DNA from: Candidatus Spongiisociaceae bacterium
GTDB lineage: Bacteria; Actinomycetota; Acidimicrobiia; Spongiisociales; Spongiisociaceae
Direction: 5' to 3'
DNA: 64,000 nt
Assembly (NCBI GenBank): GCA_965262915.1
Contig: OZ253564.1
Coordinates: forward strand, 1,120,001-1,184,000
Below are positions 10,206 to 20,130 of this stretch, one piece after another. The translations under genes and the position numbers were made by a program. Under the pieces are notes generated by a model. It did no database searches and had not been told where the DNA came from. It saw only the letters and a program-made list of their open reading frames with translations. Within the stretch, counting starts at the first letter, position 1. Every line of letters starts with the position of its first letter.

Positions 10206-11435
10206 CTACGCCCACAGTGTGGACACGGGCGCCGCGAGTATACGGTCACCCAGTTCGAAGGTGTCCCGGCCCGTGTGCAGCACGACACCGCCCGCGAAGC
10301 GCTCCTGCATCGTCTCGCTTAGCCACGACAGGTGGCGGGCGTCGGAACGTCCGACGCTGGCCGCGGCCTTGATCTCCACGCCGACGACCCGCCCGCCGGC
10401 CAACTCTGCGATCACGTCCACCTCTCGGCGGCCGTCGCGCTCGCGAAGGTGCGAGAGCCGGTAGCGGGTACCCGACACAGCCGATTGGGCCTGCAACTGG
10501 GCTATCACGAAGGTCTCGATCATCGCGCCGAGGAGGTCGCCGCTGGCCATGACGTCGTCGATGCCGACGCGCAGGATACCCCCGAGCAGGCCGGAGTCGA
10601 CCATGCAGCGCCTGGGCGCCCGGCTGAGGCGCTTGAGCCGGTTGGTCGACCAGGCCGGCAGCTCGTTCACGACCATCAGGTCCCGCAGCAGCGCATCGTA
10701 CGACAGGGCGGTCTTGCGGCTGATACCAGCCGCGTCGTAGACCGTCTTGTGCTGGACTACCCGTCCGGAGTTGATTGCGTAAGCCTCCAGGTAGCGCTGC
10801 AGCCGGTAGGCGTCGGGTTCGGCGCCGAGGGTGCGGGCGTCGCGCAGGGCGATCTGGTCCGCATAGCTCTCGAGCCATGCTCGGGCGGCGCGGTCGCTCA
10901 GCTTGAGCGCAGGCTCCGGATACCCGCCTCGCAGAGCAAGCTGCAGATACGAGCGAAGGTCGACCGGCGCTCCCGGGGCGCCTTCCAGCCCATCGCCCTC
11001 CGCAATGCGGTCGACGAGCGGACGCACGGGCCGATGCTGCTGCTCGGCCACAGTCAGGGGGTGCATGCGCAGCATGACGACCCGGCCCGTAAGGGGCCAG
11101 AGCCGGTCGGCCGGGTCGGTGCGGGCTGATCCGGTGATGAGGAAGCGTCCGGGCCGCCGGTCTGCGTCGATGGTCCGCTTGACGGCGCCGAGCACCTCCG
11201 GCACCATCTGCCACTCGTCGAGCAGCACAGGCTCAGCACGGCCGCGCAGCGCCGCATCGGGGCTGACGCGGAATGCGGCGGCGTCGTCGGAGTCCAAGCG
11301 GACCACACTTCTGACGAGACGGATGGCGGTCGTGGTCTTGCCACAGGCGCGCGGCCCCACGACCATGACGGCCGGGATCTCTTCGATGTACTCCTCTAGG
11401 AGCGTGTCAACGAGGCGGGAGACGTAGCCCTCCAT
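10206..11435 (-). CDS. AAA_14 ATPase with DUF4143 domain
   Basis: GPRACGKTT Walker A, LLDEWQ, FLITGSA, GGYP, C-terminal EVDVI..VEIK. Confidence 0.9.
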   Translation of the reverse strand: MEGYVSRLVDTLLEEYIEEIPAVMVVGPRACGKTTTAIRLVRSVVRLDSDDAAAFRVSPDAALRGRAEPVLLDEWQMVPEVLGAVKRTIDADRRPGRFLITGSARTDPADRLWPLTGRVVMLRMHPLTVAEQQHRPVRPLVDRIAEGDGLEGAPGAPVDLRSYLQLALRGGYPEPALKLSDRAARAWLESYADQIALRDARTLGAEPDAYRLQRYLEAYAINSGRVVQHKTVYDAAGISRKTALSYDALLRDLMVVNELPAWSTNRLKRLSRAPRRCMVDSGLLGGILRVGIDDVMASGDLLGAMIETFVIAQLQAQSAVSGTRYRLSHLRERDGRREVDVIAELAGGRVVGVEIKAAASVGRSDARHLSWLSETMQERFAGGVVLHTGRDTFELGDRILAAPVSTLWA

Positions 11436-11520
11436 GAGGGGAAATACTAGACCATCGAAACTAGTTCCCGGTTATGCACGCTACCACTTCCCGGTTTCGC
11501 ACATAATCTGATGATGCTGA

Positions 11521-11707
11521 TGCGGGTCTCTGTGGGGGTTCCGGGGTTGATGATGGCTTCGGGCGGTGCTCCGGCTTGATCTCCGAAGAGGCCTCAGGCG
11601 GGGTTACCGGAGCGTTCGCACCACAGGCTCATTGCCGGTGTCGGTCATCTGGTATTCCCCGATGATGCCGTTGACTCCTCACATTGGCCGGCGGCGGAGT
11701 CTTGGCG
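11521..11707 (-). pseudogene. Hydantoinase B 3' fragment, copy 4 (most decayed)
   Basis: DNA matches the RQDSA...EYQMTDT.MSLW.ERSGNPA...IINPGTP segment of the other copies. Confidence 0.8.
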
Positions 11708-11725
11708 CCCCCCGATGCTGGCTGT

Positions 11726-12820
11726 CTAGGCGACTAGTAGGGGGATCAGTAGCTCATGGGGTGTGATCCCGCCGTGGTGGCCGACGTTGGAGTTGGGGAG
11801 GTATTGGGGAAGGATGATCGTTCCCGGCGGGGCTAGGAGCGCTGCGGTTGGGAACTCGCTGAGGGCCGGATGTGGGGGTCCTCCGCCTAGCCATTGGTGT
11901 AGTTGTTCGGCGCTGACGAACTGGGCGCCGGTCTGCCGAGCGATCCGGTGTACCTGTTCGAGGGGTCCGGAGAACATCAGGACGCGGCCGTCTCCCCACC
12001 ATTGCATACCGTCGGTGAGGTTCTCGTTCAGGTAGATCTTCCCATCGGGGGGGATGTCGCAGTGGCCGTGGTCGGCTGATCCGATGAGGGTGGTGTCGCG
12101 TGGTAGGGAGCGTTTGAAGTGTTCCCATGCTTGACCTGTCTGGGAGAGGGCCGTGCTGTATGCCTGCGATCGTTGCCCGGAGGCGTGAGCAGCAGTGTCT
12201 ACGGGAGTCGTGTACACAACAGCCAAGGTGCGGTTGCCGCCAGCGAACAGGTCCGGTGGGCGGATGTCGAATGGGGAGGAGTAGCCGTGGCGTTCCGCCC
12301 CACGGCAGAGCATGTCGCTCAGAGGGGTGTCCAGGAGTTCGGCGGGTTGGAAGATCACCGTTCTGACGTCGGCGGCCCCGACGCGTTCGCACAGGTTGGG
12401 GCTGGGGTGGAAACCGGCCGGGTCGCAGTCGATGGGCTGTCCCGCTGGCATGTCCACCCACTCCAGCATGTTCACAACCGTGCGGAGGTTGGGTATCCAC
12501 TGGGTGTAGCCGATCACTCCGTGCTGCATTGGTGCCAGGGCCGTGGCCACCGAGGACAGCCCGACTGTGGTGGTGGTGGGGAACGGCGCAACCAGGGCGG
12601 CTCGACGATGCCGGCGCAGGGGAGCTGCGGCGGGGTGGGTGAGTTGCTGATCCCCGAGGCCGTCGATGATCAGCAAGAGGTAGTTCCGCGTGTGGGGGAT
12701 CAACTCAGCCAGCTCGGGGCGCAGACCTCGGGTCGGGGACCGGCCGGTGAGGCGGATCTCCAACTCCGCTGCGAGATTCACCAGGTTGGCGCCGTCGTAG
12801 CAAGGTGTCGGGTTATCCAT
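11726..12820 (-). CDS. Alkaline-phosphatase superfamily phosphodiesterase/nucleotide pyrophosphatase
   Basis: IIDGLG, PFPTTT, DTAAH, SADHGH, GHHGG. Confidence 0.85.
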   Translation of the reverse strand: MDNPTPCYDGANLVNLAAELEIRLTGRSPTRGLRPELAELIPHTRNYLLLIIDGLGDQQLTHPAAAPLRRHRRAALVAPFPTTTTVGLSSVATALAPMQHGVIGYTQWIPNLRTVVNMLEWVDMPAGQPIDCDPAGFHPSPNLCERVGAADVRTVIFQPAELLDTPLSDMLCRGAERHGYSSPFDIRPPDLFAGGNRTLAVVYTTPVDTAAHASGQRSQAYSTALSQTGQAWEHFKRSLPRDTTLIGSADHGHCDIPPDGKIYLNENLTDGMQWWGDGRVLMFSGPLEQVHRIARQTGAQFVSAEQLHQWLGGGPPHPALSEFPTAALLAPPGTIILPQYLPNSNVGHHGGITPHELLIPLLVA

Positions 12821-12844
12821 CGTCGACCTGGCTGGTCCAACTCC

Positions 12845-13726
12845 TCAATGTCGTGGCACGGGCTTTGATGGCAGCCCGTCCAGACCCGCGACGGCCCCGG
12901 CATGCTGAACCATGTGTGCTCCGGCTCGCACGGCCACCCGTGCCGCTTCCACAGCGCTTTTGCCCTGAGCGATGGCTGCCGCGAACGCACCGCAGAACGC
13001 GTCGCCGGCACCGGTCGTGTCCACCGGTCGATGGACCGTCCGGGCTGGAACGAAGGTCACGTCGGTGGCGGTGGCAACAACGCACCCTTCGCGACCGAGC
13101 TTGACAGCGGCGATCCGAGCGCCGGCCGCGACGTAGTCCCGGGCCGCTTGCACATGGTCCGGCCCGGCTAGGCGTTCGCTTTCCATTGCGCTGGGCAGAA
13201 AAGCGGTGCAATCAGCTAGGAGGTTGGTGTAGGCATCCGGGTTGGCGGCCGCGTCGTCTGTGTGCGGGTCGAGTGTGATCATTGACCGGGCCTCGGCTGC
13301 GACTGCGACCCATTCGGCCTGGTATGGCACGGGCATAGGTGCGATGTGCACGCATTGGTCCGGTGCGAGACCCGATGTGAAGTCGCTTGGCCTCGGGCAC
13401 GTACCTTCATACGTACCCGAACCGCGTTCCAATTCGAACGCCGTCTCCTGGGCGGCCGAGACGTAGACACGCTCGTGGATGCTCCGGACCGCCACCTCCT
13501 TCACGTCGAGCACCACCCCGCGCCGTTGCAGGTGAGCGAGAGTATCTGTACCTATGCCCCTGCCGGCACGGGTTACAAGTCCCACACGGGCTCCCGCGTA
13601 CATGGCTCCGACGCATGCGTAGGCAGCTCCACCGCCCAGCAATCCCAGAGTCCTCGGCTCACCCTCGACGTAGAGATCGTCGACCATCACCAGCCCGACG
13701 GTCCAGACGTCCGGCCGGGATTTCAC
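12845..13726 (-). CDS. PfkB family carbohydrate kinase
   Basis: GGGAAY, VKLGREG, VDTTGAGDAFCGAF signature. Confidence 0.92.
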   Translation of the reverse strand: MKSRPDVWTVGLVMVDDLYVEGEPRTLGLLGGGAAYACVGAMYAGARVGLVTRAGRGIGTDTLAHLQRRGVVLDVKEVAVRSIHERVYVSAAQETAFELERGSGTYEGTCPRPSDFTSGLAPDQCVHIAPMPVPYQAEWVAVAAEARSMITLDPHTDDAAANPDAYTNLLADCTAFLPSAMESERLAGPDHVQAARDYVAAGARIAAVKLGREGCVVATATDVTFVPARTVHRPVDTTGAGDAFCGAFAAAIAQGKSAVEAARVAVRAGAHMVQHAGAVAGLDGLPSKPVPRH

Positions 13727-14226
13727 AAGGTGGTCTCCGGTTCGAGCCGAATCGTCTTCGCTCCGTCCTTGAGTGTTCTCTTGGCGAGCGCCTCGAGTTG
13801 ATCGAGGCTGTCCGGATCGCGTATGTAGGCGAAGGCATTGCTCGACAGGTCACCGACATAGGAGCGAACGATGCACCTTCTCCCGTAGGCGATGATGCAG
13901 GCCTTGTCAGGAGTCAGGACGAAGTCACCCTGCGACAGGTACACGGTGAGGTTCTCGGGTTGAACGAGCGGGGGGCCGTGGACGACGACCCCGTCATCCG
14001 TCACCCCATCGGATCCTGCTCCACCCTGCATCGTGTCGATCGACAACTCATCGTCGATGGGGAAGAAGACCCCTTCACCGGAACACGTGACATGCATGAG
14101 GGGTGCTTCCAGCGGGAGCACATCCCTGATAGCGGATGTGGTCCGGCTCGCGACATCGACTCTCAACACGGCCGTTGCCACGAACTCACCGTCGATGAAC
14201 ACTCGGAATCCGCTGCCAGGTGTCAT
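13723..14226 (-). CDS. DUF3830-like (cyclophilin-like fold) protein
   Basis: LPLEAPLMHVTCSGEGVF...PENLTVY..GD...IAYGR; overlaps pfkB start. Confidence 0.7.
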   Translation of the reverse strand: MTPGSGFRVFIDGEFVATAVLRVDVASRTTSAIRDVLPLEAPLMHVTCSGEGVFFPIDDELSIDTMQGGAGSDGVTDDGVVVHGPPLVQPENLTVYLSQGDFVLTPDKACIIAYGRRCIVRSYVGDLSSNAFAYIRDPDSLDQLEALAKRTLKDGAKTIRLEPETTL

Positions 14227-14408
14227 TTGTCCACGCTCTCTGCCAGGGATAGGGCGCACACGAACCGTGGGCTGGCGATCCCGCTGGTGACACGGCCACT
14301 CTCGATGCAACACCCGCTGCCGGGTTGCGACATCAACGCCTCGATGCCTCTATCCACAGCGCTCATGGATCGGTACTCTATGTAGGAATCCCAACGGATG
14401 GAGAGGCA

Positions 14409-14630
14409 ATGGGTTCTGGGGACTGGACTCACCTTGACGAGTCAGACGCTCCGGTCGATCCCGGTTTTGACTTCTCGGTGTATGACGATGCCTTCCTGTC
14501 CGCCGAACGCACGGTGCAGCAGCAGCTCGCAGCCGGGGATCCCCCGCCTACCGGGCTGGCGCCCGACGACTTGCGCGCAATGATCGATGAGATACGCGCT
14601 GAGCCCCGGAAACCGGACATAGCAGCATAG
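14409..14630 (+). CDS. Small acidic protein, putative antitoxin
   Basis: GGAGAGG RBS; 73 aa; directly upstream of RelE-sized ORF. Confidence 0.5.
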   Translation: MGSGDWTHLDESDAPVDPGFDFSVYDDAFLSAERTVQQQLAAGDPPPTGLAPDDLRAMIDEIRAEPRKPDIAA

Positions 14631-14636
14631 GCCCGG

Positions 14637-14891
14637 ATGCCTTGGCAGATCGACAGAGCGGCGCTTGACCGCGTCTTCGACGCATGGTCGGCCAGCAAGA
14701 GTCACGAAGACCGCATCCGCCTGTTATCGGGACTGATAGACATGGCTGACTGTCCCTTGACCGAACTCCCCGGCTTCCGGTTCCCCGAACGATCTCCTAT
14801 GTGGCGGTTCACCAGAATCGGGAGTGCAGTGTTCGTCTTCTTCGTGGCCGAACCCCAGGGAGTACTCATTCCGATCGACATCCGTGAGTGA
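14637..14891 (+). CDS. Small protein, putative RelE/ParE-like toxin
   Basis: 84 aa; helix-helix then beta pattern WRFTRIG.AVFVFFV...VLIPIDI. Confidence 0.45.
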   Translation: MPWQIDRAALDRVFDAWSASKSHEDRIRLLSGLIDMADCPLTELPGFRFPERSPMWRFTRIGSAVFVFFVAEPQGVLIPIDIRE

Positions 14892-15004
14892 GGGAGACGG
14901 GAACCCGACGCTACATCGCTACTGCCGCGGGACAGTGACCGACGTAGCTGCCACCGACCAGGGCCGGTACGCGCACGCTCGCCCTTGCCTGTTCGACCGC
15001 CTCA

Positions 15005-15045
15005 CCCCGCATGCCGCGACAGCCGGTGCTGCCGGGCATGCGGGG
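15005..15045. terminator. Hairpin between convergent genes
   Basis: CCCCGCATGCC ... GGCATGCGGGG perfect 11-bp stem. Confidence 0.6.
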
Positions 15046-15067
15046 AGTCAGCCTATCGCGGCTCCTG

Positions 15068-16441
15068 CTACCCGCAGTATCGGGCCAGGATCGGGTCGAG
15101 TTCGGCCACGGCCCGATCCATGGTTTCCTGCGCGTCGGCACCGAGGGCGATGTCGCTGAGAGCGGTGGTCACGACCTGCTCGTACTGGGTGAACGCCGGG
15201 GTTGGAGGGCGCGGCTGCCCGCTCTGAGCGAGCGAGTCGGCGAAGATGCTTTGCGGGTACTCGTCGAAGAACGTCTGCTGATCCAGGATGGATTGGCGGA
15301 CCGGCAGGGACTTGTAGTTGTCGGAGTACTTCTTGGACTGCTCCGGGTTCGTGGCGAACATCACGAACGCAGCAGCCTCGTCGGGATACTTCGTCTTCGC
15401 GCTGACGCCGACCGTGACGCTTCCCGTATGTGTGAAAGGCGTATTGAAGTAGGGCAGAGGCGCGATGCCCCACTCGAAGTCAGCGTTGGCTTCCAGGACT
15501 CCCGCCACGAAGGGCGGCTCCAGACCGAACGCCGCGGTTCCATCGAGAAGGGCATTCGGAATCCCGACCTTCGGAGTGATCTCCCACTCGTCGAACATTT
15601 GGGCGTAGAACTCCAGTCCCTCGATCGCCTCCGGCGTGTTCAGGTACCCGTCCACTGTGCATCCGTCTTCGGATATGGACCAGTAGGTTCTATACGCGGA
15701 CGAGTCCATGGGAGCATCCGGATCACCCATCGATCTCGCCATGATGAGGTCCCGGTACGCAAAGCCTGGCGTGCCGTCGCCGAAGGCTGACGGAGCCAGG
15801 CCCCACTCCGCGATTCCCTCGTCCTGGATCTTTCTGAAAGCCTCGACGGCTTCCTCCCATGTCCAAGCCTCCGAAAGCTCTTGCGGCGGGTCTATACCTG
15901 CAGCGTCGGTCATGTCCTTGTTGTAGAAGAGAGCCATCGCCGACTGCTCCAACCCGGGCGAGTACAACCTGCCCTGGTAGCTGTGTTCGGATCGGGTTGC
16001 GATGAGGATGTCGTTGAGGTGCTCCTCGGTGATGTAGTCATCGAGAGGCAACAGCATCCCAGCCTCCGCGTAGGACTGGGTGAACGGCCCGTCGTACAGG
16101 AGCAGATCGGGCGGATCATCCGATGTCGCGACGATGCTGATCTTCTCGTACAACTGGCCGAACGGCACCTCCTCAACCGCGATCTCCACGCAGGGTTCCA
16201 CCGCCTTGTAGTCCGCGATCGCGATGTCAAGCGTATCTCCCTGCCATCGGAGCATCCGAAGCGTTGTGACCTCGTCACACTCATCCGCGTCCGTAGCGAC
16301 GTCGGTTGCCGCGACCGTGGTCACCGCGGCTTCTTCAGGTGCCTCTGGAGCGGTCTCCTCCTCTGCTGCACACGCTGACATGACCAGCGCTAGCGTCAAC
16401 GCCCCAAACGTGGCGGCTCTCAATTTGCTCTTGCTCCCCAT
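15068..16441 (-). CDS. Sugar ABC transporter substrate-binding lipoprotein
   Basis: Lipobox VMSAC; PPDLL, LLPLDDY, ALFYNKD, WTWEE motifs. Confidence 0.9.
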   Translation of the reverse strand: MGSKSKLRAATFGALTLALVMSACAAEEETAPEAPEEAAVTTVAATDVATDADECDEVTTLRMLRWQGDTLDIAIADYKAVEPCVEIAVEEVPFGQLYEKISIVATSDDPPDLLLYDGPFTQSYAEAGMLLPLDDYITEEHLNDILIATRSEHSYQGRLYSPGLEQSAMALFYNKDMTDAAGIDPPQELSEAWTWEEAVEAFRKIQDEGIAEWGLAPSAFGDGTPGFAYRDLIMARSMGDPDAPMDSSAYRTYWSISEDGCTVDGYLNTPEAIEGLEFYAQMFDEWEITPKVGIPNALLDGTAAFGLEPPFVAGVLEANADFEWGIAPLPYFNTPFTHTGSVTVGVSAKTKYPDEAAAFVMFATNPEQSKKYSDNYKSLPVRQSILDQQTFFDEYPQSIFADSLAQSGQPRPPTPAFTQYEQVVTTALSDIALGADAQETMDRAVAELDPILARYCG

Positions 16442-16862
16442 GGCCCTGGACCTCCTCTTGATTCGTGCCCTGTCCACCTCACGCGGACCGTCATTGCCTG
16501 GCAATACCTCCTGTCGAGCGTGATAGCGGATCGAGGAGCCCGACGAGAGCGTTGCGATCGGCGTCCGGAGCGATCCCGCGTGGGAGTACTCAGGGAACGC
16601 AGCAACCTGTCGGATCGGCTGGGATGCCTGCCATCATCTCTCGATCAAGGATGGGGTCAACCCTAACCATGGCCCGAGATCGGTGTCCAGTGGTTTTCTT
16701 AGCAACCCGATATGCTCGGCGCAGCATTCCAGGGTGCACTGATGAGGTTACGTGGAGTAATCGAGACCGTTACTCGACCGAGCACCAGAGTCCGGCTCCT
16801 AGCACTTTCTTGCCTCGGAAGTGATAGCCTCTCGGAGAGACGTTGTCTGGTGGAGGGGGCGA

Positions 16863-17816
16863 GTGTCGGAAGATCTGATCATCGATTGCGATACGGGTTC
16901 TGACGATGCGATAGCGCTGCTCGTCGGCGCACTCCATCAAGACCTGAACCTGATCGCGGTTACCACAGTCGCCGGGAACTGTCCCGTTGATGTGACCACG
17001 CTGAACACCCTCAAGGTCCTCGAGAGTGCCGCGATTTCCGGAGTTCCCGTGTACCGGGGAGCCGACGGTCCTCTCGTCGGTCCGCCCATCGACCGCAGTG
17101 CGGGATGGCCCCAGGCTCTGGATCTGCCGGAGCCGTCGATCGCAGCCGAGCCGGTGCACGCGGTCGATTTCCTCGTCGAAACGTTGACGAGAGCGAAAAC
17201 TCCCATCACCCTTGCCGCGGTTGGCCCGCTGACCAACCTTGCCCTCGCGTTCGGTCTGCGTCCCGGAATCGTCTCGAATATCGAGCGGATCGCGATAATG
17301 GGGGGAGGTATCGGCGTCACCAACATCTCAGCCAGCGCCGAGGCCAACATCTTCTGGGATCCCGAAGCCGCCGATGTGGTGTTCCGGTCGGGTGCGCCGA
17401 TAGATTTGTTTCCGTTGGACGCCACCCACATGGCACCCGTCACCACTCGCGATGTGGCCCGCTGGGCCGAGGCCGGGACTCCGGCCGCGCTGACCGCCGC
17501 AGCGTTCCTGCCGGAACGGATCCACATGTACGAGTCCAGGATGCCCGTCGAGGCAGGCGGCGCTCCCGTGCACGATGCACTGGCTGTCGGTGCGCTGGTC
17601 GATCCGGGTCTCGTGAGGTTCGAACGGGCGAACGTCGAGATCGAGCTGCACGGGACCCTCACTCGAGGCCGTACGGTCGTCGATCTGCGACCACACACCT
17701 TCCTCGCGTCGCAACCGAAGAACGCCCGGGTGGCGGTCTGGGCGGATCGCGAGCGTTTCATCGACTTCCTCTCCCGGATATTCCATTCACAGGAGTCCGG
17801 GGACGACGACGGATGA
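16863..17816 (+). CDS. Nucleoside hydrolase (IU-NH family)
   Basis: DCDTGSDDA, GPLTNLA, MGGG, AEANIFWDPEAA, PLDAT, PVHD. Confidence 0.93.
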   Translation: MSEDLIIDCDTGSDDAIALLVGALHQDLNLIAVTTVAGNCPVDVTTLNTLKVLESAAISGVPVYRGADGPLVGPPIDRSAGWPQALDLPEPSIAAEPVHAVDFLVETLTRAKTPITLAAVGPLTNLALAFGLRPGIVSNIERIAIMGGGIGVTNISASAEANIFWDPEAADVVFRSGAPIDLFPLDATHMAPVTTRDVARWAEAGTPAALTAAAFLPERIHMYESRMPVEAGGAPVHDALAVGALVDPGLVRFERANVEIELHGTLTRGRTVVDLRPHTFLASQPKNARVAVWADRERFIDFLSRIFHSQESGDDDG

Positions 17817-17863
17817 GGTAGGCGCAGCACACAGCCACACATCCACGCCCCACTGGAGCCGAC

Positions 17864-18754
17864 ATGTCCAAGGCAAAAACGAAGGCCCGGTATTCCCGCT
17901 TCACCACCGTCGCCGGCTTCCTCGGGCCGTTCATGGTGTTGCTGGTGGTCTTCCGCCTGGTACCGATCGCCGAGGTTGCCCTGACGAGCCTGCAGCAGTT
18001 CAATCTGCTCCGCCCCGACGAGCGCCTCTTCATCGGTGTGGACAACTTCGTCAGGCTCGCGTCCGATCGCAGGTTCCTGAAGTCGATGCAGGTCAGCACC
18101 ACTTTCGTTGTCGGCATGATCGTCCTTCAGATCCCGCTGGCGTTGGCGCTGGCGCTCGCCCTGCGCGGATCGCAGCGCGGGATCCGCCGCATCCGCACGA
18201 TCGTGTTCTCTCCTGTCACGATGTCGATCGTGGTCGTGACGGCGATCTGGCGGCTGCTACTGGATCCGGCAAACGGCATATTCAACGGGGTGCTGGAACG
18301 TTTCGGTTTCGACGGTCTCGACTTCATTACCAGCACATCGCAGGCACTTCCATCACTGATGTTGATGATCATCTGGTACCAGGTGGGCTTCACGATGATC
18401 CTGTTCGTTGCCGGCCTGCAGGCCATACCCAAGGTCTATTCCGAGGCTGCCGCGGTGGACGGCGCGGGGCCGTGGCAGCGATTCCGGTTCGTAACACTTC
18501 CGCTTCTGTCGAGAACCACCGTGTTCGTGGTCGTCATAATCACGATCTTCAGCTTTCAGCAGTTCGCCCCCGCGTACGTCATGACCCGCGGCGGGCCGAG
18601 TGACAGCACGTTGTTCGTCGTGTACTACCTCTACCAGCAGGCGTTCAGCTTCTTGGATCCGGGCTACGCATCGGCGATAGCCGTCGCCTTCCTCGCCACG
18701 GTCCTGGTGGTATCCCTTCTCCAGCGACGGGTGCTCTCGAGGGGGGAGGCCTGA
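17864..18754 (+). CDS. Carbohydrate ABC transporter permease
   Basis: EAAAVDGA EAA loop, TM helices. Confidence 0.93.
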   Translation: MSKAKTKARYSRFTTVAGFLGPFMVLLVVFRLVPIAEVALTSLQQFNLLRPDERLFIGVDNFVRLASDRRFLKSMQVSTTFVVGMIVLQIPLALALALALRGSQRGIRRIRTIVFSPVTMSIVVVTAIWRLLLDPANGIFNGVLERFGFDGLDFITSTSQALPSLMLMIIWYQVGFTMILFVAGLQAIPKVYSEAAAVDGAGPWQRFRFVTLPLLSRTTVFVVVIITIFSFQQFAPAYVMTRGGPSDSTLFVVYYLYQQAFSFLDPGYASAIAVAFLATVLVVSLLQRRVLSRGEA

Positions 18755-18755
18755 G

Positions 18756-19649
18756 ATGGCCGCGGTGAAGCCGGTCCGTCGACGGGAAGCGGAGCAGCCA
18801 ACGATGCGGCTGAGCGCTCCGCTACCCGGATACCTCCGTGTAGCGCTCGGTATCGCCGTTGCGCTGGTGTTCATTGCTCCGGTGTGGTGGGTGGTGGCGG
18901 CGTCGTTCAAGCCACAGTTCGCCATCTTCCGTGACGCTTCGCCGGTCACCGCCGCCACGTTCCTGCCGTTCGACGCGACCCTCGACAACTACCGGGAGGT
19001 GTTCGGCAGGCTTGGACTCGGTCGTGCTCTGATCAACTCCACTATCGTTGCCGTGTCGCAGGTGTTTCTGACGCTTGTTCTCTGCTCGACGGGGGCGTAC
19101 GCGTTCTCCCGTCTGCGATTCCCGGGGCGGCGAGTGCTGTTCGTCATCATCCTGGGAACGCTTTTGGTGCCTTTCGAGTCGATCCTCATTCCGATGTACC
19201 TGATGGCCAGCCGTCTCGGGCTTGGGGATATGTTGCCGGCGGTTTTCTTGCCGGAGATCGCAAGTGCGTTCGGTCTGTTCCTGTTGAGGCAGGCGTTCGA
19301 CGACGTCCCGCGTGACCTCGACGATGCTGCGTTCGTTGACGGAGCGTCTCACGTGCGGGTCTTCTTTGATGTCCTGCTTCCGAACATCAAGCCGGCCTTG
19401 GCGACCCTGTCGGTGATTACCTTCCTGTGGTCTTGGAACGGTTTCCTATGGCCTCTCGTGATCATCCAGCGTCCGGACCTGCAGTTGATCCAGGTGGCTT
19501 TGGCCCAGACGGTGGTTCCGGGTGAGCTGCCGAATTGGGGGGCGATCCTTGCTGGGGCAACGATCGCCACGGTCCCGGTCCTGATCCTGTTTCTTGTGCT
19601 TCAGCGATACATCGTCCAGGGATTCGCCGAGAGCGCCATGAAAGGATGA
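18756..19649 (+). CDS. Carbohydrate ABC transporter permease
   Basis: DAAFVDGAS loop, WNGFLWP, LQRYIVQG. Confidence 0.93.
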   Translation: MAAVKPVRRREAEQPTMRLSAPLPGYLRVALGIAVALVFIAPVWWVVAASFKPQFAIFRDASPVTAATFLPFDATLDNYREVFGRLGLGRALINSTIVAVSQVFLTLVLCSTGAYAFSRLRFPGRRVLFVIILGTLLVPFESILIPMYLMASRLGLGDMLPAVFLPEIASAFGLFLLRQAFDDVPRDLDDAAFVDGASHVRVFFDVLLPNIKPALATLSVITFLWSWNGFLWPLVIIQRPDLQLIQVALAQTVVPGELPNWGAILAGATIATVPVLILFLVLQRYIVQGFAESAMKG

Positions 19650-19652
19650 CTG

Positions 19653-20048
19653 ATGAGTCGGACAGCTGTTGACGTTCCGCTCTATCCCGGGTTCGAGGGC
19701 CCGTACTCCCAGGGAGCTGCCGGCGGTGGCATCCTGTTCACCTCCGGCCAGCTTCCGTTCGACACGGAAACCGGGAGGATCGTAGGCGACTCGGTAGAGG
19801 CACAGGTGAGGACCTGCTTGGAGAATATCGAACGCATCGTCGTAGCCGGAGGTTCGGATATGGACTCGGTCATACGTTGCTGCGTGTTCGCGCGTCGCTA
19901 CAGCGACTTCCAAGGTGTGAGCCGGGCCTATGCCGATGCGTTCAACGAGCCTTACCCGGCACGAACGTTCATCACGGTGGCGGATCTGCCGGAAGGGGTC
20001 GACGTGATCATCGAAGCCGTCGCGTTCGTGCCGGAGTCGTCCGGCTGA
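19653..20048 (+). CDS. RidA/YjgF family deaminase
   Basis: GPYSQG, FTSGQLP, PART, IEAVA. Confidence 0.92.
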   Translation: MSRTAVDVPLYPGFEGPYSQGAAGGGILFTSGQLPFDTETGRIVGDSVEAQVRTCLENIERIVVAGGSDMDSVIRCCVFARRYSDFQGVSRAYADAFNEPYPARTFITVADLPEGVDVIIEAVAFVPESSG

Positions 20049-20130
20049 TGCGCGGCGGTCTCGAGCACAGCGCATCTTGAGCCCGCCCTGAACCAACCCG
20101 ACCCGAGCCGATGTCTCTACCCACCCGAGG

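Noticed and set aside
10246-11427. Several long overlapping ORFs over the AAA gene
   Set aside because: Arg/Pro/Gly-rich alternate frames typical of high-GC coding DNA.
13387-14385. 332-aa plus-strand ORF
   Set aside because: Antisense shadow of pfkB and DUF3830 with no motifs.
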